DNA of 64,000 nucleotides from Tubulanus polymorphus (taxonomy: Eukaryota > Animalia > Nemertea), in the NCBI RefSeq assembly GCF_964204645.1, contig NC_134030.1:8955222-9019221 (forward strand), read 5' to 3'. This document shows, piece by piece, positions 52,570-64,000 of the stretch. Position numbers and translations under genes: made by a program. Each line of letters starts with the position of its first letter. Position 1 is the first letter of the stretch. The notes below the pieces were generated by a model, which was not told the origin of the DNA, searched no databases, and saw only the letters and a program-made list of their open reading frames with translations.

Positions 52570-53060
52570 TAATCCACACAAACACCCAGTCCCTCTATCC
52601 CTGCCACTGTACAAGGGTAATCCATGCAAGCACCTAGACCCTTGATCCCAGACAGTTTACATAAGGGTAATCCACGCAAGCACCCAGTCCCTCGATCCCA
52701 GCCACTGTATAAAGGCAATCCATGCAAGCACCCAGTCTCTCGATCCCAGCCACTGTATAAGGATAATCCACGCAAGCACCCAGTCCCTCGATCCCAGACA
52801 CTGTATAAAGGTAATCCACACAAACACCCACCCAGTCCCTTGATCCCAGCCACTGTATAAAGGTAATCCATGCAAGCACCCAGCCCCTCGATCCCAGACA
52901 ATTCACATAAGGATAATCCATGCAAGCACCCAGTCCCTCGATCCCAGACACTGTATAAGGGTAATCCACGCAAGCACCCAGGCCCTCGATCCCAGCCACT
53001 GTATAAGGGTAAACCATGCAAACACATAGCCCCTCAATCCCTGCCGCTGTTTAGGGTAAT
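52570..53060. repeat. Minisatellite, ~48-bp unit, about 10 copies
   Basis: Unit GTAATCCATGCAAGCACCCAGTCCCTCGATCCCAGCCACTGTATAAAG. It explains the repetitive ORFs on both strands. Confidence 0.95.
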
Positions 53061-53416
53061 GCACATCCTAAATGTTCGGGTTTTTGGAAAGTAGATCATG
53101 TATCGAATTTGTGTCAGAATTTCTTGTAGTAAAAAAAGAAACATTTGAAAAAAATCTCGACATTCTAAGAGTGTGTGATTTGTCGATCGAATCTCTAAAT
53201 TTTGCGGTTTTTCCCTCGAACTTCATTCATGAAAGTGTTACATCGTCTGACAGTTGCAATCTCGCTGATCAATCAAACTTGAAATGTAGAAAATTGCATC
53301 GTGTAGTGCAAACATCTGGAATCTTTTTTAGAAAACACAAGAAATATCCCTTCCTAGCAAGCGTATTTTTCAAACCTTGTTACGTTCAATTCATAGCGTA
53401 TAAATGGACACCTTAA

Positions 53417-53901
53417 CCCATTAGCACTCAGGAATTGCACTATGTAGTGTCAATTACTCCTCAGAAAATTCAAGATGAAATCCAAGTTCATCACGATACC
53501 GAATAGCTCGTTTGCTGTTTATTTCCATGCACGACAAGTTAGTGTTATTTTGTAGTAAATAGCCGAGGCTTTCATATGATATAAGTTTGATGAGGTGGGC
53601 CACCAAAATCATGTCCTTTTGGCCCCCCGAAATTCATCCAAACTTACTTGGATTTGAAGTGGATTTGAAGCGCTCAGATGTGTCATGTTCAAACTCGAAA
53701 TACTCGAGAAATTGAAATAGGAGGATGTTGATTTCTGTTTGGTATTTCGAGGACATAGGTGTGTAGTTTATCATAAGCTATTGGGTTCGAATCCCACTAT
53801 AATCGTTTTCCATATGCTGCATGAAAAAAGTACCGGGGCGGATTCGGGCGGCTTGAGGAGTAATAGGCAGGACAGATACGGGCGGCTTGAGTGCTAATGG
53901 G
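53417..53901. mobile_element. piggyBac-type MITE, second family
   Basis: Perfect 14-bp TIR CCCATTAGCACTCA / TGAGTGCTAATGGG with TTAA on both sides. No substantial ORF. Confidence 0.85.
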
Positions 53902-53925
53902 TTAATTGATAATTAATCTTGATGA

Positions 53926-54151
53926 ATATCATTGAGAGAAACCCACAATATCAATTGTTTTTGTGAGTTCTCACATTTCGGGTGGAATCCTTCCACCCGT
54001 CTTCAGAGTTTATTTGAAAATGTTTAATCATTTGAATCAAAATAGTGAAAATAATCTATTTTCAAATTAACTCTGAAGATGTGTGGATGGATAAGAAAAA
54101 CAACCAATTACAGTTGTTCTAATTGATATTGTGGGTTTTTCTAAATGATAT
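53926..54151. mobile_element. Penelope-like inverted remnant with a degenerate hammerhead on the minus strand (53972-54006)
   Basis: Outer inverted arms share AAACCCACAATATCAATT / AATTGATATTGTGGGTTT. The minus strand reads CTGAAGA-C-GGGTGGAA(GGA)TTCCACCC-GAAA-TGTG, and a truncated plus-strand CTGAAGA copy starts at ~54073. Confidence 0.55.
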
Positions 54152-54261
54152 GGTATATGACGTATTTGTACTTCATTCTACTACATCAGTGCACATCGCG
54201 TAGTATGAATACCATTGAAATATATATTTACATTTATTGCAAATGCTACTCTGATTTTTAG

Positions 54262-54360
54262 GACTTATACAGAGATGTGTCGTGTTGCAACGTGATGAAC
54301 GTGGATATGGTTTGACTGTCAGTGGGGAAAACCCAGTCTTTGTGGAATCTGTGAAAGAAA
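54262..54360 (+). CDS. ARHGEF12: RhoGEF PDZ exon 1: GLIQRCVVLQRDERGYGLTVSGENPVFVESVKE
   Basis: Very close to the LARG/PDZ-RhoGEF PDZ start GLVQRCVIIQKD..GFGLTVSGDNPVFVQSVKE. TTTTTAG acceptor, A|GTACGT donor, 99 nt, phase 1-1. Confidence 0.95.
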
Positions 54361-54684
54361 GTACGTTTTGGATGACATTAAACTAAGCATACCTTTAAAT
54401 TTGATTATAACTTAGGCATTTTGTTATTGATAATGGCAAGCTGATCATTTAGTCTGAAAACGTTGAAACAGCATTATGAAACCTTTCATCAAAGTAACAA
54501 TTAAGGGAGTTTAAAAACTAGTAGAAACAGTTACTAAGACATTTGATTCAAGCATTGTTAAGCTTTATTTTGTTCATGTTTAGCACTAGAGGCTTTAGAT
54601 CTAAAAGGATACATAATTATTGAAGAAAAAGAGAGATTTTTGTGATTATCAAACTCATCATTACTGTTTTATATTCTGTTTTAG

Positions 54685-54734
54685 ATGGTGCTGCCCACCG
54701 TTCCGGTGTACGAGAAGGTGATAAGATATTGAAG
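54685..54734 (+). CDS. ARHGEF12: RhoGEF PDZ exon 2: (N)GAAHRSGVREGDKILK
   Basis: Matches the PDZ motif GAA.RAGV..GDRIIK. TTTTAG acceptor, AAG|GTAAGT donor, 50 nt, phase 1-0. Confidence 0.95.
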
Positions 54735-54846
54735 GTAAGTACATCGTGTCCATTTTCGTATTTTCAGAATCAAGTTGAACATTTTCATCTGAAATCTTTC
54801 TTCTAATCTATGTAGCCTATATGAATTTGTGATGATCTTTTTCTAG

Positions 54847-54904
54847 GTGAATGGGACGTTAGTTGCTGGTTCAAATCACAAAGAAGTGGTCCGGCTAATC
54901 AAAT
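54847..54904 (+). CDS. ARHGEF12: RhoGEF PDZ exon 3: VNGTLVAGSNHKEVVRLIK
   Basis: Matches LARG VNGTLVTHSNHLEVVKLIK. TTCTAG acceptor, T|GTAAGT donor, 58 nt, phase 0-1. The expected next exon (SGSYVALT-like) was not found and probably lies beyond 64000. Confidence 0.95.
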
Positions 54905-55069
54905 GTAAGTGTAAAATCCCTTTTGCGTGCCATTGTGAACTTATCTATAGATTGGGAGTCAATTGCCCATCAGGTGCAGTTGGTCATTTTGCCATTTTGT
55001 TTCTCCTTGTGCTTTTTCTTGTGGTGCCAGGACTTATGAACCTTTTGGTTTGAGCTTAGACAAGCTTAC

Positions 55070-55544
55070 ACTTCTGTCACACATGCTCGCCATGCGATGT
55101 TTTGATCCATAATTTTGTGAATATTCAGTTGGTCTGTGTATGTTATGCATCATTGTGTTTAGTGAGGATTTTGAATTCAGAATAAACAAAGAATTCACAT
55201 ACACTTGTTTTCATTTTCATTTATCAGCAATAGTTTAATGAGAATACACTCGCGTGATGCTGAAAACAGCTTCCACGGCCCGTGGTGCCACCTACTGTGT
55301 TTTGTTATGCTATTGAATAGGTAATGACGTCACAGCAACCTCTCCATTTTTCAGCACTACGTGTGCATATACCGGGTAATAAACTATCGCTGATTAATGA
55401 GAAAAAAAACAACTTTGGGTAAAATTGTTTAGTTCTGAAGGCAAAATCCTTATGAACAAATTAATGCAAAATAAAGGTAGATTAACTGATTATTAACGGA
55501 ATAATGGAACAAAACATCGCACGAAGAGCATGTGCAACAGTAGT
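55070..55544. mobile_element. MITE with long imperfect TIRs
   Basis: CACATGCTC..TGCGATGTTTTG.TCCAT / ATGGAACAAAACATCGCA..GAGCATGTG, with inner inverted segments as well. Confidence 0.65.
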
Positions 55545-57128
55545 TAATATAGGCATGTAGATGTAAGTACATATAATGCTATATGTACGCTGATACTGTT
55601 TTAACAAAAGATATTTGACTTGACTCGATATTTGAAGGTGACTTTTTTCTGCGCGAAATCAGTCAACAGCTCGCTCGAAGATAATGCCATAATTCTAACA
55701 GCGGATTAATTAGAAACCTCACAACTACAGCTGTATCCCGGAGCTCTATGGTAGGAGATGATATTGCAAGACCTAGGATTCAACCCGAAAGTATTTCTTC
55801 TGAGAATATCTCAGAAAGGTGTCAATGTTCTATCAGCCAACAGTGTCTGCTAGATGGTTCATAGAAATTGTGCTATCCAGTTACAGAGTAGCGTTTCTAT
55901 CTGCTGCATGTGTTTCAGACTTGTTTCTAATTCATTCTCAATTAACACTATTTTCAAAGAAAACATGGAAATGCTAATACCTGGGACCAGTTTCGCAAAA
56001 CAAATTCACGATTATTTGGTAATCACAACCTCATTCATTGAACTCAAGAATTGAAGTTTGTTTAACTAGCTTCGGGAAACTGGGCCCTTTTAGGCAGAAT
56101 GTTGTTGGACATGATAAGAACTAAATTCTCTGAACAGTTGCCTTTCACGATATTTCGTAGTTCATGAAATTATTATTAGATGGCAGCACTGAATAATGTG
56201 GATGCGGATGAAAGATATGCATGTTGATATGTTTGATGTGCTGGTAGTCACATTCAAATGAGTTATAGGCATAATTAGAGCCTCAGCCTAGTGCTCAATC
56301 TAGTAAACAGTATTCTCTTCACAGTTTTCTTTACTCTAGAGAGATGCAATGGCCCTTGTACGGTTTAGGCAGATGGATCTGTTCATCAAATAATGGTTTG
56401 TGGGGCAGCTGCATTTCTTGATCAGTGGAACTTCTCTGGGCTTCCTACCCCAATCGGGAAAGAGGAACCTCGAATATCGACCGACACTATTCACTCCCCA
56501 TCAAGTTTTGGCATGTAGACCTATAACAGTGGGGGTGTTGTCAAAATTTTTTTAACCAAAGTAAAAAAGGATAAAAAAGCCTGACAAGTCAAGAATTCGG
56601 ACAAGTTATTATGAGACGACTTATCGTCACTGCATTTTCACTGTCATGATATTTTTTGTCAAAGAGTGGCAGCGGAAACGTAAGCCAGGTATCAATTACT
56701 GGTTGGCTCTTTGGGCCCCATTACTGCTGCAGTATGGCCTGTAATTTTGTTCATCAGTTAGTCAACAAGTGGCTCTAGCTTTCCTCTCTGGTGCCTCTTT
56801 CTCTCGACTATTTTCATAACCATAGCAACAGCATATACTTCACAACAGCACGTATACCAATTATCGTAATACTAATAGTCTTTACGAATGTGACTTTCAC
56901 TCGATGGATCAGGACATTTCGTGGAACTGGTTTTTTTCATCGGGCGGCTCCGTGTGAAAATCGCCGCCTGCGTTGTCGTCGATCATCCGGCCGACCCGTG
57001 TCGTGAATGGAGCATCGATTGTGGTTAAAATTGTTTTGAATTATCAATGAATCTGTCTACATTAGTAGACTGGATGGATTTTTTCCGAATTTCTTGTCAT
57101 AGGCAAACTGAAAGTGCAATATACGTGT

Positions 57129-57444
57129 AAGCCGGGCGTAGGTCGGCCTTGCGACGGCTTGCAACTCACTGCGACGCGACTCACTGCGGCCGCCAGCGAC
57201 GATCGCGTCGCAACGACCAACCAACCTACGCTACCTTGCGACTGCCCCTACGCAACTACCTACGCAATGAGTCGCACATGTTCTACTTTCTGCGACGCGA
57301 CGCGACCATCGCAACCGATCTACGCGCTCTTGCGACTGGGAGCAACCTGTCGCACACAATCGCTGATAATCGCGTCGCAACCGACTTGCGCGGCCACTTG
57401 TGACGCAACGCGTTCGCGTCGCAAGGTCGACCTACGCCCGGCTT
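57129..57444. mobile_element. GC-rich MITE with ~28-bp TIRs and internal GCGAC/GTCGC repeats
   Basis: AAGCCGGGCGTAGGTCGGCCTTGCGACG ... CGTCGCAAGGTCGACCTACGCCCGGCTT (one mismatch). Confidence 0.8.
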
Positions 57445-60400
57445 TAGATTGCGTGTTCATTTCTTCTATAGGAAAATCATGGCTCTAGAATGCTATCTAT
57501 TTATTTGCTCTAGGCTGATAGATTTTCTGGTATCTCGTGTATGTGTGTTTCGCCATTCTCTAGCTCCTTTTCATGCGAGATGAGTCGAATTGTTTTTTGC
57601 GTTAACCATCTGTTGGTTAGGTAATTTCCTTTCGCTTTGGTAACTCCTAGAGTTCTATTTTACCGTAGTTCCCTAAGCATTCCTAGATATGCACATAATA
57701 ACCTTGATACCAACTTCTACCTATTCATCTTGAATAGGAATTATCTACTTCTTTCTATATTCTATCGTTCGCTGGGGCGGATCCAGGGTCAAAAGCAAGG
57801 GGGGTTGTCCACTCCGGAAATTTAGGGCCTTTTTCTAAGTTTTGCTGGAATTTCATCGTTCACATGCACAATGATGTTTTCGATCTTCTAGAATTGGTAA
57901 AACAGCTAATTACAGCTAGAATTTTGCTATTTTTTTCAGTTGTTCAATCATGATTTTGATTGTTCAATCGTAATTTCGATCTTCAGAAAATATTCAGCCC
58001 TGAATATTTGAGCATGGAAATTTTAAAGGACCTCAAAATAGACATCCCCCTTGATCCGTGACTGGGTTCAAAAGTTTCTGCCAATTCCTCCTCCTCTGTG
58101 ACAGTTGAAATCTTCTCTTGAGAAAAATATTCCGTCTTCCAGAAGCGTGCGATCAAAGAGGGCATAGCCATCAAAATGGCTAGGTTTTAACTGCGATGAG
58201 TGGTTATGACCGCCGCCTAGTCTCCTCCTCCCACTGACTACTGACTCCTTAACCTGGTATGTTTTTTTACTGACAGGTACAACTGCGCGGCTCACCTTCT
58301 CGGTTTGATCGCATTTTACCGATGTTTTGTGTTCTCGTATTTTCGATGAATATAGTTGCGTGAGTCAGGAGACAGTGTTCGAAATGTCAGGAAAACTGCG
58401 TACGTACACCGCCTGCGCGTACATACAAGATAGACAAATGAGTAAAAGATGATAGCTGATATTTAAGTATATGCTCTATAGAAACAATAGAAACAGTTAA
58501 TGTACTCATTCTAGAAGGAATTCTCCATTCGGCAAGAAAAATAAATACCAAAGGCCAAATCATTGACGCTTTCGTCTTGATAGGATGGTTGTGGCACTGT
58601 GTAGATGATTTTTACGGTTCACCGCGGTTTGCGGTAGTCTTTTTCCCTATATCCGATCAGAATTCCAGCGAGGTGAATTTTTATGTTTCCGCTCTCGTCA
58701 GAACGTCCGTCGTCGTGCGCTTGAGTTTAACGGGAATCAGAGACGACGCTATAATTCAGTTTTTCGTGTTAACATATCCCGGATTTAAGCTCTTGGCTGA
58801 AATAAAGCAGTGGTGGGTACGCAAGAGGGGTGTATTAGTCTGAAAGCTGGAGATCGATGATGTGATGATCGAAGCTGCAATAGTCGTTAGTCGTAACTTC
58901 CTTATACAAATTCTAAATCAGGATATCATGGATTCTATGATATTACTGTAAACATGGTTCCCACAGAACAGGGAAATTGGGAAAAACTTGGGAATTTTGA
59001 AATAATTATTCCCGGTTTGGAAATATTTGGGAATTTGAAATATTTTCCTCATATCAGGGAAATATTTGGGAAATTCATTACATTTCACATATTGCATTTG
59101 CCAAGGGTAACTTTCTTCAGCAGTTTCCCTTGAAAATCACCTTTATCAACCAGTCGCCGCTAAAATGTTGACTGTTGAACGACGATATGTGTTCATTTGC
59201 ATTTGGGAAAATTGAAAAATCACCCATGAAATACATGGGAAAAACTTGGGAATTTTGAATTCATATAACTGTTTGTTGGCGTATGTTTCGTCAGCGAAGA
59301 GTGATTGTCGAGTGATTCTATCGTTCTTCCGCGTTTGGAGTTTGCCAAATTCGTACTTGGCATCGCACCGTCGACCTAAAGGATTTTGAAAGTTACCTAA
59401 GCACTGCTGCCGATGTTACGATGATAACGTGTTGCCGAGTTATCGGAAGGAATATTCTGCTTCCATACATTACGGATACAGATGTAGATTGATAGTGCCT
59501 GGAAAGATTTATCGCGTTGTTCTCGGGGAGGGTCTAGGTGTAGTAGTTGGAATATATCACGGCCATTATCGAACAAGTTTTCGATGACAGGAATCGGGTT
59601 AATGTAGATTTCATCGCCGTACCTGGTTGTGGCTCGTGCGCGCGTGGAATGCCTGAACATATCGTTTCGTATCATCATTCGGAAGTTTTCAAGTTGGGAA
59701 GTGTCGGCGTCTTTTTATTCCGGGCATCTTGTGGTGTATAACGCTAGCTGCAGAGTCATATTGGGAGTTTGATGAGGAAGCGATCGGTAAATAAGTTAGT
59801 TGACTTGATAGTGCATGTTAGTAGGATGATTTAACTATTGAGTATTGTGACTGAGAAAGTACCATCCTAAAAGTTTTCAACAGTTACCCTAATGTACCTC
59901 AGAAGAAAAAGTGCTAAGTTGATAATATTATAATTCGTTGGATCGGGCGAGAGCGCAAAAAAGTCAGCACCTCACTCTGGATATCATAATTGAGTGTCTT
60001 ATGTTCTGTGAACTGAATGAGGTCATCTAGGTAACCTCTCTCGGTTCTCGTAGGCTAACCGTTATCAAAAGGCACACACAAAGTAATCAGTAATCGTTCC
60101 CTGGGTTTTAGTTCATCAGCTATGTCAATTAAGATTATACTGGTTTAGGTAGTATTATTCTGTACTATTAACGGGTGGTGCTACATCAAAGTTCAAGTGC
60201 TGTTCACGCAGTTAATTCAACGCGCTTATTCCCCGTACTTCGACTGACTTCGATGATGATGATGACGCAGTTTGATAAGTCCGCTGCGAAAATTCTGTCG
60301 ATTTTTCGTTAACCCATTTTGGGATTTACCGAGTTGACCAGACACTTTAGCCAGAGGTTAGAATACCTGAAAATAATACGATTGATATCGGCGCTGGTTG

Positions 60401-61693
60401 CTGTCATAACAGAATATAAAAAATTCAGATCGCTATCAGGTCTACACATCAACGAAGACGTCGAAGGAGAATTGCAAAATTTTTTGGAATATCTGTTACC
60501 TCTCGCTTGTGTTCCTTCGTCCGAATAAGTCGCTAGTCCAGTAAAGTGGATTTGTCAAGGAGGGCTCGCAGGTTTAAACGTGAATAAGTTCTCGTTTCGG
60601 TAATTTGACCGAACTAGCAGAAGCGTATCAACTGCAAACGTTTCACATTTATCATCATCATCATCATCATCGATGTTCAGCGATACTAGAAATAACTTCC
60701 TTTCCGTCAAGGTTTTCATCTTGTTTAACGTGGCTCTCTCTGCATGAGCACTATATACTGTACGGAGTAAACTAGTGAAGTTAGTTATTGTTTCATGCGT
60801 ATTGCACAAATGCTGAAAATAGTCCGGAACGATTCGCGCAAAATTTCTGATAAGTTTTGAAATTGCGGACGGGTTAGGATATTCACACCGTGGTAAATGA
60901 ACACATTTCGTCCAGAAAAAGGTTCTTAACGATACAAATTTATCGAAGTTGCATTCGTAGTACCTCAAAACAGTTTGAAAGTTCACTGGATTCTTATACT
61001 GTTGGAGTTAAATCGAGGTATTCGGTTATAGCGCGCGACATCAAGTTTTTTTAAAAGCGTAGACGCGTATGATATATTTCACCGGAAATGATAGCTACGA
61101 ACGCTGCACTCGTGTTGATTACTTGTATTGTGCGAAGGAAACGCGCGATCGCTACATCCTGACTACGAGTCGCGAAAGTTGTCTGGAGAAAAACAAGAAC
61201 GTGTTCACACGAAGACAAAAACGTTTTTCTTATAAACTTTTACTTAGGCTGTGGAGTATCGTAATACGGTATCCTGATCCTGAAGTGCGATCTTGGTGAC
61301 AGAAGATTCCGTTATGCTACACGCAGCGCAATCTCTTTTCGATATTGTTTTCTAGATCGAAGAACTCCCTGCGCGCAGCTTTAAAAGAATATAGGAATAT
61401 TTTCCCACGTATACCGTCCGTACTGCCGAGCGTTTAGTACACGATGTATATATAAGTGTGTTGGTGTATTAGCGTAAAAAACGAAGTATCTTCACCATCA
61501 ACAACAACGCTTTTACAGGTGTTTTGTTACCGGCGTATATAGATTCACCAGACAACAAGTATAGTCTTTTGCGTCATAGTCCGTGGCGGAATTTTGTTTA
61601 CCCGCAGATTAGTGTCGGCGTTAAATCGAAAAGTAACCTTTTTCGATGGTTTGAAATCGTCTCAATTTGGCCGCGAATGGATTTATCGCGAAA

Positions 61694-61850
61694 ATAGTTT
61701 TATATAGATTTCTCCGATCTCTGATACAGTAACACCGTGTATATGTAATGTAGTTGAAAGCTGTGTTATAGTTTTTATATAGATTTCTCCGATCTTTGAT
61801 CGCTGATACAGTAGTACATGTACATGTGATGTAGTTGAAAGCTGTGTTAA
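61694..61850. repeat. Tandem duplication, ~75-80 bp x2
   Basis: TTTTATATAGATTTCTCCGATCT...ATGTAGTTGAAAGCTGTGTTA occurs twice. Confidence 0.85.
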
Positions 61851-62000
61851 AATACATACAATCGGTTGATTTAGTTTTATCTGATACGGAATACGGATCA
61901 TGGCAGGCTTTAAGTCGAATTTAACAGCGGATTGAAATTTTCCGCTGGATCCGGAGGAATTTTATCGCTACATATCTCATTTGTTGTCATCGTCGTCGTC

Positions 62001-62205
62001 ATGAGAACGAATACGGCGGGTACGGCGAGCCCGAAAATGGCGGCCGCGTCGAAAACGTCGACGTCGTCCCCGGGCTCGAAACACAATCGCGGTCATAGTT
62101 TTCCGTCATCAAATTCGGGTTCGTCATCGCCGAGTTCATCGTCGAAACCGAGCCGCGGAAATAGCCTGACGACGCATTCGGCGCGCGAAGTCATGAGAAA
62201 ACTTT
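62001..62205 (+). CDS. ARHGEF12: RhoGEF internal alternative first exon (68 aa, Ser-rich) predicting a PDZ-less isoform
   Basis: GTCATGA start and a Ser-rich ORF in a CpG-rich island. The T|GTAAGT phase-1 donor has the same phase and last base as PDZ exon 3. Confidence 0.6.
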
Positions 62206-62269
62206 GTAAGTATTCCAATTATACTACTATAATGCGCTACGACTCTTTTCTACTTTTCGAAGACCTCGA

Positions 62270-62505
62270 CAGGGTGGCCGCTTACTTTGGAAATCAGGGA
62301 ATAGTCGGGGAATTTCGTGAAATTGCTACAAATCAGGGAAAAGTCGTAGAAATTTGTTGAGATTGCTACATTGAGCGTAAAATCAAACAGTTTCCGTCAT
62401 ATATGTCTTGTTTGGATTCTTAGCAGATCAGATGAAGTCATGGCATACAATGTGCATGTCAGGGAATAGTCACGGAAAACACATCAAATCAAAGCGGCCA
62501 CCTTG
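62270..62505. mobile_element. MITE family C (CAGGGTGGCC termini)
   Basis: TIR CAGGGTGGCCGCTT / AAGCGGCCACCTTG with internal CAGGGAA motifs. Related degenerate copies at ~52008-52204, ~21384-21577 and ~2380-2643. Confidence 0.7.
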
Positions 62506-64000
62506 CTTGATTTTTATGGATGATAAGTTTTCATCGTAGTGTGGTCGATCAACTCAAATAACGAGTGGTTCTAACCAGCCTTTCTTGTTAAGTTTGGTCG
62601 GTATGCGTATTCTTTTCTTTAAGTGGTTCGCGTTGCCAAAAAGTTCGTATTTACTTTTAATCGATTCCTTGAGATCGTCATTGAGATCTGGAGGTATGGA
62701 CTTTTCCAGAAATGATGGTGCCTGTAGATATCGCTGTGATAACCACCAACCCGTTAAGCGTGATTAGCCTGATTTTCAAAGAACCAAACATCCGGTAAAT
62801 TTGATGAGGTCATAGAAGGTGCCATCATTGCTGTTAAGGTTCTTGGTTTTGTTTTGGCATTGATTTTTATGCCGTTTTTTAACTTTTCATCAAAGATGCT
62901 AAGAAATTGGGTTGGCTCTAGAAGTAGATCTGTAAGTTGGGTAAGGATGGACTCGCGTTTTGAAAATACCTAGAATTTGCTGATGAATACACGGAAGTGT
63001 ACGTAGTAGGTAGCTTGTACGTATAGGAATGGATTACAGGTATGGTTATCAGCTGTTGTAAGCAGAATGAGTTGGAATTCTTGCTTTTGCTCCGTAGAGC
63101 GCATGGTTTAGATACACTGTTAATCCGGCATTCTTGCTCGGCTGTTTCGCTTCGAACATCAGCCGTGTCAGCATCAGTCAAACTGTATCATAACCGGTAT
63201 ACAACACCTGTACATCATTATACACGTAGTGGGGTAAGGTTTATACAGGCTAATAGCCCCCTTTTCAACAATCCTCATCGAATAAAAGGTAGTTGAATGG
63301 TTGATTTTAGCATCTTTAACTGAAGGTCGGGGCCTTGAAATTGCGATCAGTTGTTAAAAAAGCTGATCTGAAATGAAGTCAACAATAAAAAGAAAAATTG
63401 GGATCACGTGCCTGATGACAGAACGATGTTCGCTTAGTTTTATGAAATTTGTCGTCGCGTTGAAGTGAAGCAGGGTTCTCTTTCAGCGCCGGTATCGGCC
63501 TGTCATTCTTCGCGTACTCCGTACTCCACGGGCGATTAGATTTACATTTGTAGATTAATGCATCGATTGAACACTCTCTGAAATTGATAAAGCGCTCGTT
63601 GCTGTTTAGATTTGAAATCCAGTTTGTCAATATTTCAACCTGTTCGTTCGTACGAACGCTGAAATCAAAACAGTTTCGAACAGCGTTTGATTTTAGAATG
63701 ACGACCGAAATTGATCGGGATTCAGACGGTTTTCCTGCCGCTTTTTTGCGACGAATGAATATTTAGTGCTGTTTGTCCATATTTGATTTAGGTGTAATTC
63801 AATTAACGCGCTGTTTACTCGCGGAAGTGGAACCCGGAGAGGTTTCTCCTGTACGTACACGTTCCCATGAACGGATGAATTTCTTCGAAGCATTCATTTT
63901 GGTTGCTTATTCATGATTATTCAGATTGATGAGAATAGGCTATATTGAACCTGCGAGCGACCATCTCGAGATCATCCGTAGATTGAACAAAGTTCGTTAC

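Noticed and set aside
52569-53094. Repetitive ORFs (GLPLYSGWDRG / GNPRKHPVPRSQ) or a CRISPR-like array
   Set aside because: Produced by a 48-bp intronic minisatellite. There are no unique spacers and the context is eukaryotic.
56646-56679. Tiny ATG..C|GTAAGC phase-1 exon candidate (similar weak ones at 58384, ~21152 and ~46381)
   Set aside because: Very short or weak donors, indistinguishable from chance without transcript data.
57114-57488. 124-aa A/T/R/C-rich ORF
   Set aside because: Lies almost entirely within the palindromic MITE at 57129-57444.

Overview
Intron-rich invertebrate animal genomic DNA (AT-rich, CpG not obviously depleted; species cannot be determined from sequence alone). 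Most ORFs in the supplied track are spurious. Two protein-coding genes sit head-to-head around a short promoter interval (~16.7-18.1 kb). On the minus strand is the 5' end of an amyloid precursor protein family gene (APP/Appl): a signal-peptide exon at 16634-16687, a 12.7 kb intron 1, and an E1/GFLD exon at 3815-3961. I found no further exon, so the rest probably lies left of the window. On the plus strand is the 5' end of a PDZ-containing RGS-RhoGEF gene (ARHGEF11/12, RhoGEF2 family): a constant exon at 52320-52414 and three PDZ exons at 54262-54904. The most interesting structure is an array of at least four unrelated ATG-initiated exons (19047, 24293, 31462, 44627). All end in phase-2 donors compatible with the same constant exon, and their products range from about 20 to 393 aa. 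A further exon at 62001-62205, downstream of the PDZ exons, has a phase-1 donor and predicts a PDZ-less isoform. The introns hold many MITE-like elements (piggyBac-type TTAA, Harbinger-type TTA including a nested insertion with an in-window empty site), Penelope-like remnants with minimal hammerhead ribozyme motifs, minisatellites and microsatellites. All splice models were read by eye and are unconfirmed by transcripts.
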